A stretch of DNA of 61,505 nt, filler included, from Sphacelaria rigidula (GCA_964200075.2; 10 parts of 10 records of this genome joined end to end with filler, not necessarily neighbours in it), one strand, 5' to 3'. Counted from the whole stretch's first letter, positions 1 through 12,727 are shown. Made by a program: numbers and translations. The notes: generated by a model not told the origin, from the sequence alone.

Positions 1-890
1 ATTTTTTTTTCAACCCCATTTTCGAAAATCGGCTGTTAGATGTTGCATCCAAGGGGGAGGGGGACTCCGCGGCTATAGTTACTACAGGTCCAGATGTGTC
101 GGTAACGGTTTGCAGTCTCATTGATTCTGCTTTATCGTAGTCGCCCTCCGCTGTATCACAGTGCTCTGCGACTAAATACCGCAGCGATCGCAAGCCTCAC
201 GTCAGAGTATGCCACCTTGCCATGTTCCAATAATCAGCGTTTGCCCGATCAGAATAAAACCAGAGGTGACAAATATCGTTCAGCGTCATGACGTCGTATA
301 TACATTCATGTCAACTTGTCGCACACGCTAAACAGCACTGCGACGTCATGAACCCCGTCCCCCACAAGGCTGTGAGTTAAACCCCATTTCCCCTTACTTC
401 TCCCGTTTTGCACCTCCCCTTTGTAACTTGCATTTCTGAAAAAAAAAAAGATTTTTTTTTCATGGGAACACAATTTTTTTTCACGATACTCGAATTTTTT
501 CGACGATGTGTGGAATTGTGGAAAGTGGTACCCCTCGATGGCATCTTCGAGGAAACGTGAGCCCCCCCAATCAGTTGTAATGAACCTCCAATGCTCGCGA
601 AAGTGCATTCGAGGAGTACTATTCCCCACAAATCCAAGCGCCATCGAAAAATTCAACCAGATGATAGCCCTCAAAGGCGCGTTCAACGTGCGTAACTTTT
701 GACGATTCGGAACAGAATCAAACATGTTTCCGTTCCCGTGAAAAAAATGCGTTCCTATTTTCAGAATCCTGTCTTTCATACTGTGATAGAAGAAACACAC
801 GCAATCGCTCACGGTAGTCGAACAAACGATGTTACATCCATGTGACCAAAAACAAAAAGTTGAACAAAACGTGTGTTCAGACCCTCATAC

Positions 891-1007
891 CTGCTCGGGA
901 AAATTGTAGATGAGCTGCCTGTTGATGAAGACGTTGATTCCGTGGTCAACGATCTTTTGGCACTTTTTACGCATCTTGTCCTTCTCTGCCTCCTCGATCT
1001 CAGCCAC
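891..1007 (-). CDS. CCT2: CCT2 internal exon ([39 protein letters not shown])
   Basis: 117 nt, phase 0-0, TAG acceptor and GTATGA donor. Carries the [18 protein letters not shown] motif. The gene continues beyond the contig. Confidence 0.95.
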
Positions 1008-2529
1008 CTAGTTATATTTTTTTTGTTCATTTTTTTTACTAAAAAAAAACAGTTTGTTTTCGATCGTTGGTGTCATTTCGTAGGGTATGATTTACCCGAG
1101 CATTTTGCCAAGCGATAAAGAGAAACATGCTTCACAACAGCAATTACACTTCGTAAACGCCAAACGCCGTTGTTGCCATTCGACCACGATACGAATGTTC
1201 ACCAATATAATTGCTTTCTGTGAGATTGGTTCTGCTTATTAGGTTGCTCAGTCCCACTCATCCACTAATTCCTTCTTGTCTCAGGAACAAAATCATCGTA
1301 GTGTGATGTGAAGCAGTCATGTATCCTCAAGGCACACTTTGCATTTCACACATTTTTCCGTAGCCACACAAACCTCTCACGAACTCATGCTAGCTGTCAA
1401 GATATCCCTTCGTGAAAAAACGGGGGTGGGTTATCCCTTGCAGTGTACACGGTCCGTGGTACCTCTCTTCTCCTTGTACATTTTGTCATCTTTCGCCTTC
1501 TCGATTTCGGGCACCTACTTTAGTCACATCTCGCTAGTATTCTTTCAATTCGATATTTGGCGAGCACATTTTTGACGTTCCTCACGTTCCTCACGCTCCG
1601 AAACCCCGGTCCCCCTGACATCCCACGATAAGTCATTCCCCACGGCCCGAGAGCTTGCCAACCGTCTGGCTCTCCACGAGAAACGCAATGTCTCTCTAGG
1701 ACAATCATTGTCAACCTGTGTGCGCTGCACATTACATCCATATCGTACATGCGTCTATCCACGAACCAAGAGTCTATAACCATAGTATTATAGAGAGCAG
1801 ACAACGCTGCACCCCCGGTAACCGGTCTTCCGTCGGAGTCCATGCTGCAGTGTTCTCAATTCAGTCCGCACAGCCTCGAGCCTACAAAAGTATAACGGCC
1901 AAATCACCGACCTCAGTGTTACGACTCCTTGCGGAAAATGACCAAGTCGTGTCAAGAGTGCCTTCCGTGTTACTACAGCAAAACAGCCGCGTACGCACCA
2001 CTTCTATTATAGACATTTCGGCAACAGTTGCAGTCTCACACCAAAATTCAAGGTGAGAAGACACACACACAGACAAACGACATGAAAAAAAACAGCAAGA
2101 GGAATCCAGAGTCTAACCATTTGACCTGGCGACTCCGCATCATGTGAAGTTCATCAAATGACCATCAGATGTAGTGGGCCACTCGTAGACCCTTCAAGCA
2201 TTTGTATTTTCATATACTGCACAACATAGATATACATAAATGCATGCCTTGGGGAATTTCTCACACGTCGAATGGGCCATGACTCGTAGTGACTATCGTA
2301 CGAGTCATCCCGAAAGATGGGGACAAGTCAAGGCTCGAGCCATTTTCAATTGTCAAGTCGAGTCCAGCTCAAGAGCCATGGGATTCATTGAGAAACCAGT
2401 CCAAAAACGTGTCGAAGAGTCGGATTCATACAAGAGTCAGACTCGAACCCATTTCACGCGTGGAACCGTGGAGTGTTTTTTTTTTACCGTGGGTCTGAAC
2501 TTAGGGGCTGATGTCAACAAACAAGATAC

Positions 2530-2668
2530 CTTGTTCATGGAGTCTACCCTGACCCTGGATCCGTATATCTTGATTTTATCCGTGTCCATAGCGGTATTGG
2601 CGATCAGGATCTTCGCATTCTCGACTACCTTCGGTTGCCCGATCCCGATTTTTTTGTCCAAGATGAAC
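2530..2668 (-). CDS. CCT2: CCT2 internal exon ([46 protein letters not shown])
   Basis: Apical-domain motif [28 protein letters not shown] acceptor and GT donor; in frame with the flanking exons. Confidence 0.95.
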
Positions 2669-2673
2669 CTGGT

Positions 2674-2707
2674 CAGCAACAGCAGCAGCAGCAGCAGCAA
2701 CAACAAC
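2674..2707. repeat. (CAG/CAA)n trinucleotide microsatellite, intronic
   Basis: Direct reading; lies just before a CCT2 acceptor on the minus strand. Confidence 0.9.
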
Positions 2708-2883
2708 GAAAGATAATCATCAACACAACGACAACGAACACAGCCCTCCAAGATGGAACCCACAATCGGATCTGTAAAAGAACGATCGTTGAAATCTGTC
2801 TCCAATCCTTCATCGAGATGCAGCAACAGCGGATTATTCACGCCTCTCACTTTTCCTCGATGTTTAACAAGAATAAATTACAG

Positions 2884-3186
2884 CATGGCCTGTAACGGGA
2901 TTTCGGGACGGGACCAGTTTCCTGTCACCACTGAACGTCGAGACGGGAACTCCCGTCTCGACGTCACGGGAGCGTTTCCGTGAAATATTTCCTTTCCATC
3001 CCGTCTTCTCCCGTCCTCACGGGAATATGCGTGTAACCGAAACCCCTCGGAACGAGCACGAGAAGGCCATTATTTTGCTCACGAAATGACAATCACCGGT
3101 GTTAAGGTACGACATCCTAATTGCTATAGGAAAAGGGTCCCCTTCAGTCCCATCCCGTTCCGTTCAAAGTCCAGTCACAAGCCTTG
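2884..3186. mobile_element. Degenerate MITE with about 17-bp imperfect TIRs and an internal perfect palindrome
   Basis: CATGGCCTGTAACGGGA versus the reverse complement of TCCAGTCACAAGCCTTG (13/17). 14-bp-arm palindrome at 2935-2964. Similar GGGACGG-rich text near 4330-4525. Confidence 0.5.
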
Positions 3187-4748
3187 GTTACGAAATTAGC
3201 GACCGCTTAACCCTTTTGGGACCGGACCCCCACTGACAGAGCGTTGACCCTGTTTTAATGAAATAATAAAAAATAAGTCTTCGAGCGAAATGCCCGATCA
3301 CGGCGAGGCGAAAATTATCGACCAGATCTGAACGACCAGCGCAGGGACTGTTGTCGAGTGTGGTGCCACTGCAAAAATCGTGTGGGGGCCCTGTCCCTGG
3401 CCCAGATAAGCCTCTCCAGGTTTCCAAGTGCAGGATGGTCGCGGCTTGGTTTTATGGTATTACTTGCTCTCAGTATACCGTCCCTGAGTTTTCCAGAGTG
3501 TTTTCTGGGTCCCAATTATTTACTAAAACGTAGTTATTTACGCTAACACAGGGTGGACCGGAAAAAACCGGGAAGGAATGTGCATGCCACAATGTGGTCA
3601 TTTTCACGAGGCACAAAATCCAGGTGGGCTGTGGAAAGACAAAAGGAGCTACCGTCATGAATTCTGCGTATCTCTTTGCCGATGACTTGCAGTGTGCAGT
3701 CCACATGTATGTTGTGGACGGGGATGACAAAGCTGTATATAGGCAGCTGAGAATTACCCAGAACGTGCAAGGGGGTATGCAGCAGCAGCTGCTGCTTCAG
3801 TCGGAGAGGCATACTAGACTGTACTGTACTATCCTGTTGTAGCATGCGCGCCGCAACGCTAATACCGTTGGAAGAGAATTTGCCGCATGCAACAAGGTGG
3901 GGAATGGCGATCCATTCCAACCACAAAGGGCTGTGTGGCAAGGTGATGGGGACAAAAGTATCATCCAAAGCCACAAGTGGTGGGCGGCCCGCCGGTCGTC
4001 GTATCCTGTTGGAAGCTCTTCATCACGACCCATACTGCTTGCTACATTGGATACCACCTAATGCCCACCCTGCACCTGAAAATAGATTGGAACTTTCGGT
4101 CTTTGTCATAATCCTGCGGTTACATACGAGGATTTTCAGCAACACGCCACTGTTTCGTGCAGACGCCAGACACGTCATTCCTGACCAGCCTCATTGATTG
4201 GTCTTTCTGGAGGCTCGGTCCCAAAAGGGTTAACTTTTCATGCCGAATGAAAGTTGAGAATAGGCTGTGGAAGATACCAGAGTCCGTTAAAATGTTCCCG
4301 CATGCAATATATGTTGAGCATATAGCCAAGTTTCCCTTCGGATCGGGCAGGAATCCCTGTTCAGTTGACGGCAAGTCCCGTGAAAAACATCAGAAGTTTC
4401 CCCGTGTGGACGGGACAGAAGGGGACCGTTTTTCCGTCGCCAACAACACGACGGGATGGGACGGGAATTCCCTTTCTGTCCCGCCGCGTGCGATTTCTCG
4501 GCGAGATTATTTTCCCGTGACACGCCCCCCTCAATGGCAGAAAGATCAACAAGTGAACACCAACAACAAAAAACTATAAGCTATGTTGACATAACAAACA
4601 GAAATAACGATGACCTGCTTTTGATTTATTCATTGTAAAAAATAATACTGAAAACAAAGAACACTTACGATATAGGTAAGTCATATTCCATCTTACAAAA
4701 TACCACTGAAAGATGACTCACGATAGATACAGCCATACTCAATCTTAC

Positions 4749-4907
4749 CCTTCCTCAAGGTAAGACTCCTTAAGGGAGCCCCCGGGCTTCTTGATAATCT
4801 GGATGTAATCGAGGTTTCCTGACCCTCGGAGTCTCAGCACCGCCTCCACGGCCAACGCGGCGAAGCGGTCCTTTTCGTGGGTCAGCAGCTTAGAGCTCAG
4901 CGTTGTC
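4749..4907 (-). CDS. CCT2: CCT2 internal exon ([53 protein letters not shown])
   Basis: Diagnostic [17 protein letters not shown] and GGSLxxSYLxEG motifs. AG and GTAAG boundaries; phases fit both neighbours. Confidence 0.95.
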
Positions 4908-5693
4908 CTTGAGACGTGATCAAAAACAAGAAATGAAAGCGGAAGAAATATGGGAGAAGACAAAAGCCGGAAAATCAAATAAACAACATATAGAAGTTTT
5001 GCCTCATGCACTGACTGTATAGGCGGGCGTATTAAACCTTGTTCGGCTGGCTGCAGGTTACCCATTTTAGACAGCTGATGTTCATAGGAAATTATTGTGG
5101 CTTGAATCTATATTCACGAATGCTCCCTGGAGTGAATAACGGTGATGAGAGGTTTCAAACGTCGGACAACTCATGGGTGAACGCATCTTTGTGAGTAATA
5201 CGTGTAACTCATTCAGTGAAGTAGGTACCGCTGATTCACAACGTATAACTCAGTCAGTGGAAAAAGGTGACCGCTGAGTAATATAATTTACCTCAGCGCT
5301 AAGTTGCACGAAAATGAGTTGAATCGATTTAAGGTGATGAGCGGTGTTGTCCAATGTGCGAGAGGTTCGCAGTAACATACTGAAAACGTGAGGCCGTAGA
5401 GTAATACGTGTTCTTTTGCAACACGACGGAACGAAATGGACAAACAGGGGAGGAAGGGGGAGGGGGGAGCAGAAAAAAAAAAAAACAGAAGAGAGAAACA
5501 AAATAGAAAATCTTTGACCACGAAATATTGGTCATTATTCAGCGAGTCCATGTATACGCCAGTATGAACGCGTTTTACTTTATTTCAATGTACAAATGCC
5601 TCAGCAGTAAAGATCCACTGAGCCTATTTTGTACGCACTGAGAGGGTTCAAAATACAAGAAATATGATATATAAACCGAAGAAAAATAGTTAC

Positions 5694-5812
5694 CTCGCGA
5701 TGTTCATAAGATCCTCCCTGAACTTGACATCATCCTTGCCGTTATCCTCCGCCGCGTCCGCCAGCACCTTCCTAGCGCAGGCTGTCGCTATCCGCCATCC
5801 CTGGATGATGGT
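5694..5812 (-). CDS. CCT2: T-complex protein 1 subunit beta, internal exon ([40 protein letters not shown])
   Basis: AG acceptor at 5814-5813 and GT donor at 5693-5692. The peptide matches the CCT2 segment TIIxGWR...VKFRxDLMNIA and splices in phase 2 to the next exon. Confidence 0.93.
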
Positions 5813-5813
5813 C

Positions 5814-5837
5814 TATATATATATATATATATATATA
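5814..5837. repeat. (TA)n microsatellite abutting a CCT2 splice acceptor
   Basis: Direct reading. Confidence 0.9.
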
Positions 5838-5934
5838 TTGCGCACGTATGAAAACACATGCACAATACAAGTATCGAAGTCTCGCCAACTTTTGCGTTGA
5901 AATCCGACATAATGGAAGTGATGCTATGGTGAGG

Positions 5935-6061
5935 CGGGGGAGGGGGGTATTCTCATGATCATGCATCCGGTAGTCATATGACCATCGACCTCATATCGCT
6001 ACAAAGCCGGGACAGAGCACGCCGAGTTTTCGCCGGACCAGGCTCGCAGTCAATCACCAAG
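5935..6061 (-). repeat. Dispersed repeat family C end
   Basis: Shares GGGATGCGAGGTCAATGGT..TGACTATGGCA.GCATGATCATGAG with 6162-6225, 18310-18383, 25745-25878 and 37273-37330. Confidence 0.75.
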
Positions 6062-6161
6062 NNNNNNNNNNNNNNNNNNNNNNNNNNNNNNNNNNNNNNN
6101 NNNNNTTAATTAATTAANNNNNNNNNNNNNNNNNNNNNNNNNNNNNNNNNNNNNNNNNNNN
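6062..6161. other. Artificial contig spacer N44-TTAATTAATTAA-N44 (stops in all six frames)
   Basis: Identical 100-bp spacer recurs every 6160-6161 bp. Confidence 0.98.
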
Positions 6162-6225
6162 TGTAGGGATGCGAGGTCAATGGTCTGATGACTATGGCAA
6201 GCATGATCATGAGTACACCCCCCCC
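6162..6225 (+). repeat. Dispersed repeat family C end (terminates GAGTACACCCCCCC)
   Basis: Direct similarity to the other family C copies. Confidence 0.75.
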
Positions 6226-7699
6226 TATCGTAGGAGACTCGAGAGTCCTGGAGGCCTGGGGAGTCACATGTTCGTCTGGGACCCCCGACAAATGGCGAAA
6301 TAGGATAAAAACCGAAAGGCCCTAATCTCGGCAAAGATCGTGATGACTCAAAGTACATGTATGCAGCATTCCAGGGTGTGCCTCCAAGAAACGGCGTTAA
6401 GTGTTTTGCTTTTGTGCAATGAGTGAGCTTGAAGGGTACACGCACCCAAATACTTGATTTCGGTACCAAACCAGACTTTTCGGGTACGTTGAACGTGAAA
6501 ACGATCCCACCACATAAGTTTTATCAGTAGCACAACTTTTTACAAATGTTCCTTGGACTGCTCCGCGACGCGCGATTTTTTCTTTGTTTCGAGATACTGC
6601 ACTAGCTTCAGGTGGTCTTCAAGCCGGGACCCCCGAAAGTCGATAAAGAGCGGAGAATATTTGACATGATTTCCGACAAAAACTTTCCCCATTTGGAAAA
6701 CCGAAACCTATCGAAGTGCCACGTTCGAGGGCGGTCGGAGCTTTTTTACGATAGACATGAGAGGAACCGTCAGGAGGTCTCCTAGGTCTCTACTGCATAT
6801 TATCAGAGGAAATCAGATAACGATGAAACCCCAAGTCACCGAAATGTCATCGTTTAGGGTATAATTCGATACTACACTGATCGTCCTCCATTTTTGTTTT
6901 TTCGTTACCATTTTCGGGTTGATGGCGGTTACTACGACTTGCAGCAGGTGAAGATTGGCTTGAACGTGGGTTGTGGCTGCGTATTTTGATTTCAGAACAA
7001 TTCCATGGGGGCTGATTGGTCGAGGTACCATGTTGCCCTTAGATTTACCACTATGACCTTGAACAAAACTCCCGCTGTATCACCCTCTTTTGGCGCCCAT
7101 GGCATTCAGTATGACACCATGTATGCTACTATTGGGTAGGTCTTGTGGGAAGTATTGTCATTATTTTATTAACTAATTTTGAGGGGTAAGCGTGAACAAG
7201 CCGGTACCTAATAAATGATTCGTGTGGGTGCATACGTCGTGAATAGTCGTCCAGGAGTGCCCAGCGAGTGGTGGACGCGATGCTAGGTGTCGCAGTCTGA
7301 CGAAAACCTAACGTAGATATTGGGGAGTAGTAGACTTCAATGCCAGCAGCACAAAGCCCGGAACGTGTCTGTCGACGAGAGTGTGCGAGGTATTCGCACT
7401 CACCTTGTCCTCGAAAAAACGCTAGTTGTTTACATACATGTCAAGCCATTCGAGCTATGACACCTGGAGGCCTGAAACCAGTCGATAACGCCCCCATAGG
7501 AGCATTACTACCTTCCTCAGTCCCGAGTGTGGTTTCAGCCGCGATTTCTGCGAAAGAATTAACTCGTGCTCCTCGCTAAAACACTCGCTGCTTGCCGACA
7601 AAGAGTAACAATACAACACCACGCCCCACCTCACCCTCACCCTCATGCTATTCGACCCACAGGCGGTTGGTACTGGGCAGCGGTCGAGAACCGCTTCCG

Positions 7700-7990
7700 C
7701 ACTGCCAGAAAAATCGACAGTGTGGACCGAAATGGAGCGACTGGTCATGTTTCGCCAGCTCCAAGTATTCCAGGCAGAATGTGAAGCTACCGACCGCCGG
7801 GCGATGTGGCGGAGGATGATCACCACCTTCCCGAACCGGTACAATGTGCATTGACGTGGTTAGGATTGCCACCCGACTCTGCTTCGACATCTTACGTCTG
7901 TAACAGAGATTTGCCTCGAGTTTACAACAGCTCTGTCGACACATTCAGACTACGCTCACCCATCATGTTCCTGAATGCCTAATTTGATAT
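7700..7990 (+). pseudogene. Possible decayed hAT transposase C-terminal remnant
   Basis: Frameshifted translation MWRRMITTFPNRY..IDVVRIA..L.FD.SYVCNR..VYN loosely resembles the hAT dimerisation W..FP..L..S..ER.FS pattern. Stops and frameshifts present; weak. Confidence 0.25.
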
Positions 7991-10900
7991 TAACAGTACA
8001 TTGGCTGACATGCAGCGAGTCGTCGCCATGATGCGCGCGACGGAGAGTGACGGACCACCCGCGACCGGCACCCGTGGGAGGCGATTCACCGGACCCGCGT
8101 CCAACACGAGGGCAGCGGGAAGGCGCGAGCGAAGGGGCGACGACGAGTGAACCCCAAGGCGAGGCACTGTAGCAGCTCCAGAGCTATGACCATGGATTAT
8201 CTGGCGCTTATGTGCCATTCCTCGGTACGCGTTTGGGATACGCTCGTGACGAATGTAATACCGGCTGCAATCTGCCTGGCCCTAGCCCTGTAGAACCTAG
8301 TGAAAGTTATTCAACACCAACTCACCCAGTAGCTCACAAGCAGCCCCCAGCAGCCCAGTTCTTTACAAATTATTGTCGGTGTGCTTTTCCTCGCAGATCT
8401 ACAGTTTTTTTTCTTCACCCCATTGAACTCGGGGAAGCTACTTCTCACGTTTTTCTTGGTACCTCTCCTCTTATTTTCATTTCGGCAATATTTGAGTTGA
8501 TTGCGAATGTATTTAAGCTGAAGTCTCTGAAAAAATTATGGAAGACTCTATGTCGTGTAAGGAATAACAGGGACGGTATTGAAAAGACGAGCCTACGTCT
8601 GTGACCGCAGGTTCGAGAGATCGGACTCATGTGCTGAAAAAGGGACAATAATAAATAAATGAGAGGCCTTGAACGTACACCGTGAGGGAGAGATGCAGCT
8701 GTCAAGGCGTATCGGAGCCCACGCGTAGCGTACCACGATCCCTGGTCAATTCTATGCGGGTTATTTTGCCACACCATCTCCCCATTCGACGTGGTTCCCC
8801 AGGGCCTATTGTTTCTCGTGAGCTGTTGTGTACTCGCAAGTGTTCTAGACCGGGATTGTTCTGCCCCGGTGCCCTCACGAACGGTAGCGGAGTTTACACG
8901 CGCAACGTTGTGGTGCAGAGAGCGTACGGACCAGAGACAGCCTATCATCTTACATGGAACCAATCAGAAAATGAGGGTATGGTCGGAAGTTTCCCAGTTT
9001 TACACCACTCACAGTCCCACAAAAACGTAAAATATACTGCGTTCTGTATGGCACTATGTTGCAACATTTTTTTTTGCGTACATAAAGTAGCCGGGTCCAT
9101 ACATGGCATGGTAGGTGTTTTCCCCTGCCCCATCCCCCTCCGGCCGTCACCTGGCCACCATCTGACTGCCGTTATCGGGAGTGTTTTCGGCCGCCGGGGA
9201 CCAGAGGGAGCTCGCACGGTCGTAGTCACAGCCAGTTATCACCGAGCAGGTAACCGTGGTCTTGCCTTCCACCCGCTTGTCGATAGGATGTCGCCTTCTC
9301 CTCGTACGACGGACACGACCCCGCACACCGCATGCAAAAACGGTCTTTGTCCCGCGATCTGGCTGGACACGATCAGCTAAAGTACGTCACTTCGTGGTAG
9401 TGTAGATCCCTTCCCTGCGAAGCACGTTCCCCCTGCTCTTCCGCCTTGGTCCACCTCGAAAACCGTAGGCGACCCTGTCCCGACTTGCACACCACGCTTG
9501 CCACGGAAAACCAACAACAAGAACTCGGAACATCGTTTTACATAATCCGTTGCATGTGCTTCATGTCGTATGCTAGTCGGTTTGAGTGAGGTATGCGAGC
9601 CTGTTAGTAACCTTCCCCCTCACTTGTCGCTCCTGCCCCCGTCCCCGCCCTCGCTATCCCCGTTCGTTACTCGTACGATCACACGCTTCACATATCTACG
9701 CCCCTCCAGGTGGAAACACGGCCGATAGCCGATAGCTCTGACCAAGCGCTGAATCAAGAGCGCCCGTGTTTCTCGTGCGGAGGGTCTTGTCTTCCGTGTT
9801 CGGGGCTCGAGGCGATGTTTCGTATATGTAGAGTGTCTGTCAGCGTCACGAGGCATGCACTGTAACCGTTGGTACATTCCGCGCATGATCGTATGTAGCG
9901 TTAAAGGTGTGATCGTGCACAAGGAAACGAGCTGCTGAAGCGCTGGGTAGTTGGTGGATTTGGCTCCACATGTATTTTTAAAGAAGTAGGATCAAGCGCC
10001 AGACCTACAGGGTGTGCAAGCCATAGGCGACGGTACGGCAACGCTAATATTGCAGACTAAAGCGTGTATGCAATGGCATAGGGCACGAAAACGTCATTAC
10101 GGTGTGAGCAAGTTGAACAAACCAGTTTTGGGGATTTGAACGATGAGGTCAGCCTTTCATTGAATCCTCACCCTGTGTGTAAGTCCCAGTGGTCTGTAGT
10201 GTAGTGAACGATTGATGTAAGGATGCCACCCACTTCCAATAATGCACCCGACCAAGATTATCTGTGAAATACTCCAGTCAAAACTTGTAGGACACCTGGA
10301 GATTCTATCTCTGTGCTTGGAGACACTAACCTGTTGGTATTCTTGTGTTAGCCATACTATAAGTGATACTATTCCCTAGGGAGGACTCAAGTGCTGGACT
10401 CAACATCTTTCCGCACGGTACCTTGCGTAGCTATCGGTATAGGTTGTTCTGACTGTAGCACTCAGATGGAGGCACATCGATTTCGTGTGAGATGCCTTCA
10501 ACATTGCGAACACCGGCTGACCATCTTGACCCAAACAAACCTCTGATGCTTTTCGATTGGGCCACGCCCATGCCTCAGCCGTACGAAGTCGAGCACTATC
10601 AGCCCTAGCCCAGCCCCACCTGTACCGTCCAGGCCTTTGGCCTATAGCGTACATAGACAGAGGTCACGGCGATACCTGAGTCTACCGCGATCTCCTGCGA
10701 TCGTTTCTGAGAGCCCTCTGGATGTATATTTCCCGCGTTGAGTCAACTTTGTAGTGTTGTCAAATATTTCGCGAGAGAGCAAGGGTTCTCAATGAAGCTC
10801 ACGGTCTCGAAACCCGCGCCCTCCTCTGGGGAGAAACTCAACTCCTCGGCCCACGGAAATTGCTAAAATCGCCACATCTAACCATGTGAGCGAAAACCCC

Positions 10901-11499
10901 ACGCTGAAATCAAATATAACGCAGTCATAAGAACCTCCCAAACTCGAGTAGATGGCAAAGTGATAGGCTTTTCCCAATTTACGAGAATATTTGGCATATT
11001 TCGTTCACCTGCTCATGTTCCCTGTGACCGTTTGCAGGTGGTCGTAGAGTATGTGATTTCAGTTCAGGTCAGATGAAAGTCTCGCTCTTGCGGTGCCGTT
11101 AAACAGCCATGTGAACGTTTGTAGACTGCCTTGGGCAGGGCGTAGTAGTAGTGATTTTTCATTTTTGAAACACGTTGCAAAAAATAATGGAGTGAGATGT
11201 CATGCGGCGGGGAGGATCGTCGATGTGCAAACAACTATGACCGTGTGTTCATATAATATATTGCTACTTCCTCTGTCCCATACGTTAGGTGCACTACATT
11301 TGTACAGGTTTCTCACCGTCTTCGACCCTTTTCCCGGTTTTTATTTTTATCGATTGTTTAGGTGTCCTTAGATTTCAAGCCTGCATTGCCTTTTGACCCA
11401 CGTCCACTTCCACCATGCGGCCGAACGGCCGCAAAAAATGAGTAGGCCCGGAAACGGCTATTTTTTTTACCCCGTCACTGTCTCTCAAATAGTTATTTT

Positions 11500-12040
11500 T
11501 GTTCTCCATCTTCCTTCTTCGATGCATGTCTTTTTTATATAGGGAGGAGGATTCAGTGGTGCCCTTCCCCGACCGCGAAGTCGAATTTTGTGTAATCACG
11601 ACATAGTCGCCCTCCACGGATGGGCATCTTATTTTTTTTGTCGCACTTTGCGCCCCTCCGCTTCCTCGGGACGAGTCCGTGGTCTCAAGGGACCATCCTA
11701 TCCATCCCCCGGTACACGCCTTGCATTTTGCTCTCGTGGATTGGGTCAGCACTACCGCACCGCGTCAACTTACGTCAAACAAACTCAGTCGACTACTACT
11801 TTGTTTACTCACGTTCTCATGCTTTTCACGGTGGGAATCAGACATTACGAAGAAAAAAGCCCAAGCATCGGGAATTGAACCCTCGCTCTCTCCACCCTAA
11901 TGGCGACAGTCGGACCATGACACCACCGGGACGAGGCATGATTTCAGAAAAAGTCCTGGATCGTGTGACTTCGCCGAATTTTCGAGCCTACGGTCCAATA
12001 GAAGGTTTCGAGGATACCAGCTGAACCACCGGGACGACCG
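11500..12040 (-). mobile_element. SINE family A copy interrupted by a SINE family B insertion
   Basis: Family A body at 11500-11627 resumes at 11935-12040 with the tRNA-like head. Confidence 0.7.
11628..11934 (-). mobile_element. SINE family B (tRNA-like head, A-rich tail), GGCAT target duplication
   Basis: Minus-strand head has A-box-like TGGTGTCATGG and B-box GGTTCAATTCC; tail AAGTGCGACAAAAAAAA. GGCAT at 11623-11627 and 11935-11939. Homologous to 38360-38692. Confidence 0.75.
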
Positions 12041-12149
12041 GATATGAATTCGTGTGCTCTTGTGGGAGGCATTTCCCACCTGAAGCCATGTTGTCGTTTC
12101 TAATTATTTTTGCCTTCGTTTTGTTTGCTTTTTTCGGTTTCACTGTTTT

Positions 12150-12222
12150 GCCGGTCGCCCCGGTGGCTCAGTTGGTAACCTCGTAACCTTCTGATGGTTG
12201 AGTTGGGGGATTCGATTCCCGG
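12150..12222 (+). mobile_element. SINE family A tRNA-derived head (truncated by contig end)
   Basis: A-box TGGCTCAGTTGG and B-box-like GATTCGATTCC. First about 50 nt are identical to 61455-61505. Confidence 0.8.
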
Positions 12223-12322
12223 NNNNNNNNNNNNNNNNNNNNNNNNNNNNNNNNNNNNNNNNNNNNTTAATTAATTAANNNNNNNNNNNNNNNNNNNNNN
12301 NNNNNNNNNNNNNNNNNNNNNN
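12223..12322. other. Artificial contig spacer
   Basis: N44-TTAATTAATTAA-N44. Confidence 0.98.
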
Positions 12323-12727
12323 GGTGGGATACGTGACACGTGACGTTTTAACGGGACACATGCGAAAACACGTAACTTTGGATCATTTAACGCTACGTGA
12401 GATTTGATTTTTTGTATGGGACATACGTAACGTAACGTGATGTAACGTGTGGTCCTTCGCATGAACCCCAACATTGCGTTTTACTTTCCAAATGTGACGA
12501 AAACTCTGCTTGTTTTCGTGAATATGTCACGTGTCACGTTGAAAAAAACACAAAAGCAGCCTGTTTTACATCTGGAAAACACCAAGAGACACTACTTCAA
12601 AGTACACATGTTACATGACGTTACGTTGCATTTGTCCCGTCCGAAAAATCAAACCTTACGTAGCGTCAAATGGCCCGATGTTGCGTTTTTTCCCGGTTTT
12701 TTCAAATGTGTCACGTATCCCTCCCTG
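12323..12727. mobile_element. MITE with TIR GGGATACGTGACAC / GTGTCACGTATCCC (CCCTG terminus, hAT-like)
   Basis: Perfect 14-bp inverted match at 12326-12339 and 12708-12721. Left end clipped by the contig edge. Confidence 0.7.

Noticed and set aside
2635..2895. Poly-Q ORF on the plus strand
   Set aside because: Antisense to a CCT2 intron and exon; a microsatellite by-product.
6106..6117. TTAATTAATTAA recurring every ~6.16 kb as a biological periodic motif
   Set aside because: Always embedded in N44 runs; it is an artificial six-frame stop linker.
8445..9380. Longest ORFs in contig 2 (172 and 232 aa)
   Set aside because: Overlapping on both strands with no recognisable motif or clear splice structure; not supportable as genes.
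12150..12222. tRNA gene
   Set aside because: No complete cloverleaf or 3' acceptor strand, and other copies continue into a shared SINE body.
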